Shown in pieces: positions 1 through 6,269 of a stretch of DNA of 7,276 bases. A program made the position numbers and the translations under genes. The stretch is from assembly GCA_964426185.1 (NCBI GenBank), contig CAYRPF010000111.1, positions 1-7,276 of the forward strand. Reading direction: 5' to 3'. This stretch comes from an uncultured archaeon. Lineage in GTDB: Archaea > Asgardarchaeota > Lokiarchaeia > Sigyniarchaeales > Promethearchaeaceae. Positions within the stretch are counted from its first letter, which is position 1. Each line of letters begins with the position of its first letter. Below the pieces are notes generated by a model that worked only from the letters and a program-made list of their open reading frames with translations, had not been told where the DNA came from and made no database searches.

Positions 1-2
1 GT

Positions 3-53
3 GATGATAACGATCCAATTTCCGGTCCAAGCACCTATTTTAGTGGAAATTAA
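3..53 (+). CDS. Possible 3' end of a gene entering from the left edge (…DDNDPISGPSTYFSGN*)
   Basis: Frame open from the window edge to TAA at 51-53 and followed by T-tracts. Too short to identify; frame 1 (stop at 76-78) is an alternative. Confidence 0.25.
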   Translation, partial: DDNDPISGPSTYFSGN

Positions 54-67
54 ATACCCATCAAATT

Positions 68-102
68 GGATCTTTTAAAATTTTAGATCTTTTTTCTTTT
101 TT
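68..102 (+). terminator. Putative terminator for a plus-strand gene ending at the left edge
   Basis: Weak GATCT...AGATC inverted repeat followed by TTTTTTCTTTTTT on the plus strand. Confidence 0.3.
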
Positions 103-173
103 CTTGTAGTTTCATGTCACGCATTTCTATCTTAGCGTAGTGATAAGAAAATTACAAAATAAAAATCGTCTTG

Positions 174-190
174 AAAAAAAATAAAACAAT
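174..190 (-). terminator. Putative oligo-T terminator of the tusA-dsrE-iscS-iscU operon
   Basis: The minus strand reads ATTGTTTTATTTTTTTT, starting 6 bp after the iscU TAG stop. Confidence 0.4.
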
Positions 191-196
191 GAATGG

Positions 197-1000
197 CTAG
201 CATACAGGTGGAACATTTACCGTATTCAACAACAATAGCTGATCTATGAATAAATCATATTCGCTTTTTTCATCCAAATCTAACATTTTAGCCTTTTCAA
301 CCTCATCATCACCCATAACGGCTAAAATCTTGGCTTCTGTCAATAACTTTACGTTAGACGAACGGAGTTGAGACTTCAAATTCGGGTCATCTGTATGAAT
401 TTTGGTGGCAGAGGTAGCTAAAATCACTCGATTCGTTACTTCAGTTAAATTTAAAGCAGCTCGAATACTCTCATCTCCGTTAAACCTTATTAAAGTTCGC
501 TGATCTTTAAAAACATCCAGCTTTGAGATAGAATAGGATACACCTTTACCCAAATATTCTAATTCACCTAAAATAGAATTATTATCAATTGTATTATCTA
601 CTTCAACTGGTTTTTCCACCATTATTCCTGCACGGTAATTTTTGATTGCTTCATGTAAGGCATCGGCCGCTAAATTACTACAATGCATTTTAATTGGGGG
701 TAAACCATCCAGTTCCTCTGCAACATCCTTGCGGGTGACTTTCAATGCTTCATCTAGCTTCATCCCTTTTACCATTAAGGTTGTCATAGAGCTTGTTGCA
801 ACTGCACTTCCGCAACCAAATGTTTGGAATTTAATATCTTGAATGACATCATCTTCTACTTTGATGTACATTTCCATGATATCACCGCATGTGGGGTTTC
901 CCACCCGTCCCATAGCCACGTTTTCTCCAGTAAGCGTTCCCACATTACGGGGATTACGAAAATGTTCCAATACTTTTTCAGAATATTTTGTTGATTTCAT
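197..1000 (-). CDS. iscU: IscU/NifU-N-type Fe-S scaffold (aa ~1-125) fused to a degenerate thioredoxin-reductase-like NAD(P)H-binding domain (aa ~143-257)
   Basis: N-terminus YSEKVLEHFRNPRNVG; cluster ligands GNPTC38GD40, FGC63GSA and LPPIKMH106C107. The C-terminal half (ILGELEYLGKGVSYS...FKDQRTLIRFNGDESIRAALNLTEVTNRVIL...MGDDEVEKAKMLDLDEKSEYDLFIDQLLL) follows the pattern of the TrxB NADPH domain. A GGTGA RBS lies within the iscS 3' end. Confidence 0.93.
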   Translation of the reverse strand: MKSTKYSEKVLEHFRNPRNVGTLTGENVAMGRVGNPTCGDIMEMYIKVEDDVIQDIKFQTFGCGSAVATSSMTTLMVKGMKLDEALKVTRKDVAEELDGLPPIKMHCSNLAADALHEAIKNYRAGIMVEKPVEVDNTIDNNSILGELEYLGKGVSYSISKLDVFKDQRTLIRFNGDESIRAALNLTEVTNRVILATSATKIHTDDPNLKSQLRSSNVKLLTEAKILAVMGDDEVEKAKMLDLDEKSEYDLFIDQLLLLNTVNVPPVC

Positions 1001-1002
1001 TT

Positions 1003-2196
1003 TTATGTCACCTTTATTTCAGAATAGAGGGGAGATAACTCCCGCAAGCGTTTTACAATCTGTGGAGTCAATTCTACTGCTTTATCAATATGCTCCATAG
1101 TAGTATAACGCCCAGTAGTAAATTCTAATGACCCATGTGCTTCTTCATGCAGCAATCCAGTAGAAATAAGAGTATGCGAAGGTTCCAGTGTTTTAGAGCT
1201 GCAAGCCGATCCTGTAGAAACGGCCATGTTCTGTTCTTTAAACATCAATAGTATGGATTCTCCTTCGATTCCATCAAATCGGAAATGGGTATTATTTGGC
1301 AAACGGTCGGTCGGATGTCCGTTCAAATAGCTGTGGGGAACTTCCGCTAAAATTTCTTTTTGAAGTTTATGTTGATATTGTCGATACCTAGATACTTCTT
1401 CAGCTTGTTTTTCTTGAAGGATTCGGGTGGCTTCTGCCATGCCTACAATTCCTGCAACATTTTCCGTTCCAGATCTTATCCCTTTTTCTTGACCCCCCCC
1501 AATAATAATAGGCGAGACTCGAAAACCCTTTTGAATAAACAATGCTCCCACTCCTTTTGGTCCATAAAAATCATTGCTACTTAGAGACATGATATTGATA
1601 TGATGGTCTTTTGGATGGAGATCTAATTGACCTTGAGCGGCCACCGCATCTGAATGGAGAGCAATTCCATTTTCAGCAGCGATTTCTCCCACTTCATCAA
1701 TGGGTTGAATTGTTCCAATTTCATTGTTAGCATATTGGACTGATATGAGAATTGTTTTATCAGTAATGCGTTTACGAAGTTTTTCCACCCGAATTCGACC
1801 GTATTGGTCAACAGGAACTTTAGAAACTACGAAGCCGTTTTTTTCCAAGTATTTTACCAAGTTATGTTGTGAGATATGTTCAACTTCCGATATTATAATA
1901 TGGTTTCCCTTACGACGATTACGAATTGCATATCCTAACAGCGCGAGATTAACCGATTCGGTGGCTCCTGAAGTGAAAATGATTTCTTCTGGCAAAATTT
2001 TCAGAAAAGAAGCAATTTGTTCTCGCGCTTTGGTGAGTGCATCTTCTGCTACATCTCCGATGGTGTGTAGAGAGGAAGGATTTCCATATAATTGATCAAA
2101 AAATGGTAACATTCGCTTGACTACGCGCTCATCAACAGGTTTACTTGCTTGATAATCCAAATTTATTACGGGTTTTTTATTTTGAGTTTGTGACAT
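1003..2196 (-). CDS. iscS: IscS/NifS-family (group I) cysteine desulfurase homolog with the PLP Lys replaced by Asp (Archaeoglobus-type, probably desulfurase-inactive)
   Basis: Motifs LDYQASKP, YGNPSSLH, IIFTSGATES, EVEH, ANNEIGTIQP, GGGQEKGIRSGTEN and STGSAC332SS. The canonical SxHK motif reads SSN208D209FYGPKG. GGGAG RBS upstream. Confidence 0.95.
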   Translation of the reverse strand: MSQTQNKKPVINLDYQASKPVDERVVKRMLPFFDQLYGNPSSLHTIGDVAEDALTKAREQIASFLKILPEEIIFTSGATESVNLALLGYAIRNRRKGNHIIISEVEHISQHNLVKYLEKNGFVVSKVPVDQYGRIRVEKLRKRITDKTILISVQYANNEIGTIQPIDEVGEIAAENGIALHSDAVAAQGQLDLHPKDHHINIMSLSSNDFYGPKGVGALFIQKGFRVSPIIIGGGQEKGIRSGTENVAGIVGMAEATRILQEKQAEEVSRYRQYQHKLQKEILAEVPHSYLNGHPTDRLPNNTHFRFDGIEGESILLMFKEQNMAVSTGSACSSKTLEPSHTLISTGLLHEEAHGSLEFTTGRYTTMEHIDKAVELTPQIVKRLRELSPLYSEIKVT

Positions 2197-2253
2197 TTTT
2201 TTACTCCCATTAATTTTTTGTGTGAAATTGTTTTACTAAATAATTTTCTGGTG

Positions 2254-2631
2254 TTAAAACCACATGGTTCCTTTTGCATCAAAAACTAAATCGTTTAATG
2301 TAGCAGCACCTACAATCTGTAAAAATGAAGGTAGTTTCACAGAATTCCATCCGAGCATCTGTTTAGAGGCTTCACATACATAAATGGGAATGCCCATATC
2401 ATGTGTTTTCTTTAAGAGTTCAAAAAGTGAGGGAAATGAACCGATTTTTATTTTTTCGGCTTGTTCCTTCGGTAAAACGCGTAAGCTTTGCCCGAGAAAA
2501 TACACTTTTGCCTCAATATCCATTGCTTTTGCGGATTGGGCAAGAATTAAAGGGGAATACTGCCGTTCAGGGTCATCGCTGGTTTGTACATACAGTAGAT
2601 ATTCCTTTTCTTTTTTTTCCGTTTCTGTCAT
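2254..2631 (-). CDS. DsrE/DsrF-like family sulfur carrier protein
   Basis: 125 aa with a DsrE-like layout (LYVQTSDDPER...AQSAKAMDIEAKVYFLGQS...GIPIYVC86EAS...IVGAATL). The single Cys is at the conserved DsrE position. AGGAG RBS upstream; lies between tusA and iscS. Confidence 0.85.
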   Translation of the reverse strand: MTETEKKEKEYLLYVQTSDDPERQYSPLILAQSAKAMDIEAKVYFLGQSLRVLPKEQAEKIKIGSFPSLFELLKKTHDMGIPIYVCEASKQMLGWNSVKLPSFLQIVGAATLNDLVFDAKGTMWF

Positions 2632-2658
2632 GGTTATTTGAGCTCCTGAATTTATCGA

Positions 2659-2898
2659 TTATTTTTTTTGAATCAAAAATCGAAATTCACCGTTTTCTTC
2701 GCTGACTTCTATCAAGATATTTCCCGTTCTTTTACAAAATCGGGTTAAATCCTCCTTTGAGGCTGGATCATCGGCTAGTACCTCTAAGACATCGCCGCTC
2801 TGAAGTTCATCCATCTTGGAGCGGGTTTGAAATAATGGTTCAGGGCAGAACACCCCGATGCAATCTAAGGTTTCTTTGGGTGAATCTGAATTTTTCAT
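2659..2898 (-). CDS. tusA: TusA/SirA-family sulfurtransferase (sulfur carrier)
   Basis: LDCIGVFCPEP contains the CPxP persulfide motif; also GDVLEVLADDPASKEDL and C-terminal FRFLIQK. The ATG at 2898 (79 aa) is preferred over the TTG at 2907 in the ORF track. Confidence 0.92.
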   Translation of the reverse strand: MKNSDSPKETLDCIGVFCPEPLFQTRSKMDELQSGDVLEVLADDPASKEDLTRFCKRTGNILIEVSEENGEFRFLIQKK

Positions 2899-3014
2899 CC
2901 TTATCAATAATTAGATAGTGTGATTAATTTTATTTTAGCCGCTTTTATGAGATAAAGATTTAAGGATAATTGGTTATTTTAGAAACAAAAATTTGCAACT
3001 TCTCAAATATTGGT

Positions 3015-3028
3015 GGAAAATTTATTGA
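3015..3028 (+). promoter_or_regulatory. Putative archaeal BRE/TATA promoter for the HAD gene
   Basis: GGAAAA-TTTATTGA: a purine-rich BRE-like run followed by a TATA-like box about 30 bp upstream of the ATG at 3058. Confidence 0.45.
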
Positions 3029-3057
3029 TTATCAAGTATTGTGCTAAATGATAACTG

Positions 3058-3888
3058 ATGGGTAATATTAAGTGCATTTCATTTGATTTATGGGAGACAA
3101 TAATCCAAGATCATTTCCAATTTGATGCCAGAATAGCTATCTTAGATGAATTTTTGAATACTAAAGGCTTGAAAATTCCTAAGAAGACTCTTAAAAACCG
3201 TTATATGGAAAAAGCAGGCGGATATGCAGAATTTATTACTCAAGAGAGCGATTATCGGCATGTAAGTTACCAGACACGCTTAAGAAAATTCTTCAATTCA
3301 TTTGATCTAGATGTTTCCGAAGAGGAGATGGAATATATTAGTTCCCAGTTTAATCAAGTTTTTTTAGATGACCCTCCCCAGTTTTACTCGGATATAGTAA
3401 AAATTTTACCCAAATTATCTGAAAGTTATCAAATTATACTCATAAGCGATACAGGATTCATTTATGGGAATACCATGCGGGAATTACTTAAAAGAAATAA
3501 CCTTCTCAAGCATTTCTCTCACTGCTACTTTTCCGATGAAACTGGTCATTACAAACCTCATCCCAAAGCTTTCAAACTAGCTGAGAAACAAACGGGATTT
3601 TCCCCGTATGAAATGGTTCATATTGGGGATCGCATTGATACAGATGTGGTGGGGGCTAATAGAAATGGCTGGTGGAGTGGACTAATAGTCAATCACGATG
3701 AAAACAGATGGGATCTGTTCCAAGATAGCCAAAAAAATCATAAATTGAACAATCTCAAACTTACTGGTCAAGAAGCAGCAGAAATTGTGAAAAATAGGGA
3801 AAAAAAGCGAGAACTAGAGAAGATTCCCGATTTTGTTTTAAAGAAATGGGAAGAAATTTGGGATGAATTAAAAAAAATAAATAGTTGA
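3058..3888 (+). CDS. HAD-superfamily hydrolase, subfamily IA-like; substrate unknown
   Basis: Motif I ISFDLWET, motif II ISDTG, motif III YKPHP, motif IV HIGDRIDTDVVGA, helical cap between motifs I and II, C-terminal PDFVL strand. Confidence 0.9.
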   Translation: MGNIKCISFDLWETIIQDHFQFDARIAILDEFLNTKGLKIPKKTLKNRYMEKAGGYAEFITQESDYRHVSYQTRLRKFFNSFDLDVSEEEMEYISSQFNQVFLDDPPQFYSDIVKILPKLSESYQIILISDTGFIYGNTMRELLKRNNLLKHFSHCYFSDETGHYKPHPKAFKLAEKQTGFSPYEMVHIGDRIDTDVVGANRNGWWSGLIVNHDENRWDLFQDSQKNHKLNNLKLTGQEAAEIVKNREKKRELEKIPDFVLKKWEEIWDELKKINS

Positions 3889-3897
3889 AATCCTAAT

Positions 3898-6267
3898 TCA
3901 AAAATTCTGATGTTCGGTGCGTCTGATTATTTCTTCTTGCAGTTTCTGTCCTAAATTAATAAAGTAATCACTGTAACCCGCCACCCTTACTATTAAATTG
4001 CGATATTGCTCAGGATTTTTCTGAGCTGCCCTTAGAGTAGCTGCATCGACCACGTTGAACTGGATATGATGTCCATCCATTTTAAAATACGACCGAATTA
4101 AGTGAAGCACCTTTATAAGACCTGACTCTTCTTGCAGCAAAGATGGATTAAACTTCTGATTCAGCAAGGTTCCACCAGTTCTTAAATGGTCGAGTTTAGC
4201 TGCTGATTTGAGAACGGCGGTTGGTCCTTTTATATCAGCACCTTGTACCGGTGAAATTCCCTCTGATAATGGCATCATGGCTTCTCTACCATCCGGTGTG
4301 GCACCGATTACAGAACCAAAATAAACATGAACAGTAGTTGGGAGCAAATTTATGCGATAATGGCCTCCTTTCGAGTTAGGGCGGCCGTCTACTAAATCAA
4401 AAAGGACATCAAACACTTCTTGTGCAAATCTATCGGCATAATCGTCATCATTACCATATTTTGGAGTGTCATTGATCAATTTATGCCGAAAATCGTGATA
4501 TCCTTCAAAGTTTTTATCCAATATATTTACTAATTCGTTCAAGGTCAGTGATTTTTCATCAAAAACATGTTTTTTTATTGCGGCTAACGAATCGGAGATA
4601 GATCCCATCCCAACCATTTGAATATAATTACTGTTATAGCGCGCCCCTCCGGCGTTATAATCCTTTCCCTTTTTAATACAATCTTCTATAATAATAGATA
4701 AGAAAACCGCCGGTAGTTCTCTGGCCCATAACTGTTCAATAATTTGATTTCCCTTTATCTTGATATCAATAAAATATGCTAATTGTTTCTTAAAAGCCTC
4801 GAAGAATGCTTCATAATTTTCAAACGTATCATTTTCTCCAGTTCTCGGACCAATTTGTTTTTGGGTGCGGGAATCAAATCCATTATGCAATGTAATTTCT
4901 AAAACTTTTACAATATTGAAATATCCGGTTAGGATATAAGCTTCTTTTCCAAAAGCGCCCACTTCCACACATCCACTGGCTCCAGAAAGGCGGGCTTCAA
5001 CCAAATCTTTACCTTGTCTTAAAAGTTCCTGGATAATAGCGTCACAATTAAATATAGAGGGTTGGCCGAAACCCGTTTTTATGATATCTAAAGCGCGCAT
5101 TAAGAGGCGATCGGGCGTTTTTTTGCTGATTTGAACATTGGAACTGGGTTGTAATATACGCATTTGCTGAATGGTGTCGAGTATCATATAAGATAGTGGA
5201 TTAGTGCCATCTGACCCATCCGCCTTCAATCCACCGATGTTGATATTGCAAAAATCAGTATATGTATTGCTTTCTTCGGCTGTAACTCCGACTTTTGGCG
5301 GTGCTGGCTGGTTGTTAAATTTGATCCAAAAAGCTTGAAGCAATTCTCTAGCGAATTCTTCATCCCATTTCCCCTCTGCAAGTTCTTTTTGATAGAAGGG
5401 AAAAAGATTCTGATCCAATCGACCTGGATTAAAGGAATCCCAAGTATTTAATTCAGTTATTACTCCCAAATGGATAAACCAATAATGCTGAAGCGCTTCC
5501 CAGAAATTTCGTGGAGTATGTGCCGGAACCCAATCACAAATCTCCGCAATTTGAAGCAATTCTCGCTTTCTCTGCGGATCCAATGCAGAATTTTCATTTG
5601 CCATTGTTCTGGCTAGTTCTGCATAACGATGGGCAAAAGCGATAATAGCTTCGGCGGCAATATTCATAGCCCTTAATTGATCCCGTTTCATTAATGCCTC
5701 CGGATCGTTTAAGAAATCGAGTTTAGAGATGGATTGCTGAATTTCCTTGATGAAATCTAGCATTCCTTTTTGAAAGACTTGCTTACCCGCTACAGTATGC
5801 CCGGGAGCGCGTTGTTCCATGAATTCAGTAAACACACCTGCTTTATAGGCAGCAATCCATTCTTGATCCATTTCTGAAAAGATTTTGTCTCTGATAGATT
5901 TTCCTTTCCAAAATGGAAGAATCACTGATTGAGTGAGCTTTTTAGTCTCCTCTGTTACCTTAAATGATATTTTTGGGCGATTATGTAAAATATCCAGATC
6001 CTTCAATGTATGACAGCATATTTCGGGATAAGTAGGCGTTGCCAGGGGCGCCGGTCCCCTTTCTCCAACGATTAATTCCCCCTCATTAATGCAGATTTCC
6101 TTATTTTCAAGAATATGACGAAATGCCAAAGCTCGCATTATGGGCGTTGGATATTGTTGATTTTCATGATTTTGATAGAATTCGGTAATTAGCTTTGCCC
6201 GTTCTATTGAAAGTTCCGGTTGGGTGCTCACACTTTGTTCTCTTAAGCGGTGTATACGTTCGTTCAT
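3898..6267 (-). CDS. hypD: Glycyl radical enzyme, trans-4-hydroxy-L-proline dehydratase
   Basis: 789 aa. Glycyl loop RVAG764YS and Cys loop SGC433VE435. HypD-type segments PTYPEICCH, FTEFMEQRAPGH157TV, W276D277, FNNQPAPPKVG, ES333NTYTD338F339, LTGY449 and LPT644T match the Clostridioides difficile HypD active-site set as recalled (H160, D278, S334, D339, F340, C434, E436, Y450, T645, G765). Confidence 0.9.
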   Translation of the reverse strand: MNERIHRLREQSVSTQPELSIERAKLITEFYQNHENQQYPTPIMRALAFRHILENKEICINEGELIVGERGPAPLATPTYPEICCHTLKDLDILHNRPKISFKVTEETKKLTQSVILPFWKGKSIRDKIFSEMDQEWIAAYKAGVFTEFMEQRAPGHTVAGKQVFQKGMLDFIKEIQQSISKLDFLNDPEALMKRDQLRAMNIAAEAIIAFAHRYAELARTMANENSALDPQRKRELLQIAEICDWVPAHTPRNFWEALQHYWFIHLGVITELNTWDSFNPGRLDQNLFPFYQKELAEGKWDEEFARELLQAFWIKFNNQPAPPKVGVTAEESNTYTDFCNINIGGLKADGSDGTNPLSYMILDTIQQMRILQPSSNVQISKKTPDRLLMRALDIIKTGFGQPSIFNCDAIIQELLRQGKDLVEARLSGASGCVEVGAFGKEAYILTGYFNIVKVLEITLHNGFDSRTQKQIGPRTGENDTFENYEAFFEAFKKQLAYFIDIKIKGNQIIEQLWARELPAVFLSIIIEDCIKKGKDYNAGGARYNSNYIQMVGMGSISDSLAAIKKHVFDEKSLTLNELVNILDKNFEGYHDFRHKLINDTPKYGNDDDYADRFAQEVFDVLFDLVDGRPNSKGGHYRINLLPTTVHVYFGSVIGATPDGREAMMPLSEGISPVQGADIKGPTAVLKSAAKLDHLRTGGTLLNQKFNPSLLQEESGLIKVLHLIRSYFKMDGHHIQFNVVDAATLRAAQKNPEQYRNLIVRVAGYSDYFINLGQKLQEEIIRRTEHQNF

Positions 6268-6269
6268 TT

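Noticed and set aside
83-115. Minus-strand mini-ORF MKLQEKRKKI downstream of iscU
   Set aside because: Only 10 codons, arising from the complement of a T-tract; no support for translation.
197-199. Sec/Pyl readthrough after the terminal Cys of the IscU fusion (a TrxR-like Cys-Sec tail)
   Set aside because: The stop is TAG, not TGA, and the downstream sequence is a low-complexity T-tract that looks like a terminator.
642-1100. Plus-strand ORFs 642-842 and 843-1100
   Set aside because: Antisense shadows of iscU/iscS with no recognisable motifs.
1360-2095. ORFs 1360-1584 (+), 1623-1811 (-) and 1724-2095 (+)
   Set aside because: Fully inside the well-supported iscS gene, on the opposite strand or in another frame; no protein-family features.
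2384-2705. Plus-strand ORFs 2384-2641 and 2403-2705
   Set aside because: Antisense to dsrE/tusA; Phe/Ser-rich composition typical of shadow frames.
2899-2907. TTG start for tusA given in the ORF track
   Set aside because: An in-frame ATG three codons later gives a typical 79 aa TusA; the TTG start cannot be fully excluded.
3898-6267. Annotation as pyruvate formate-lyase or choline TMA-lyase
   Set aside because: Has a single-Cys GCVE loop rather than the PFL CC pair, and the surrounding motifs match HypD rather than CutC.
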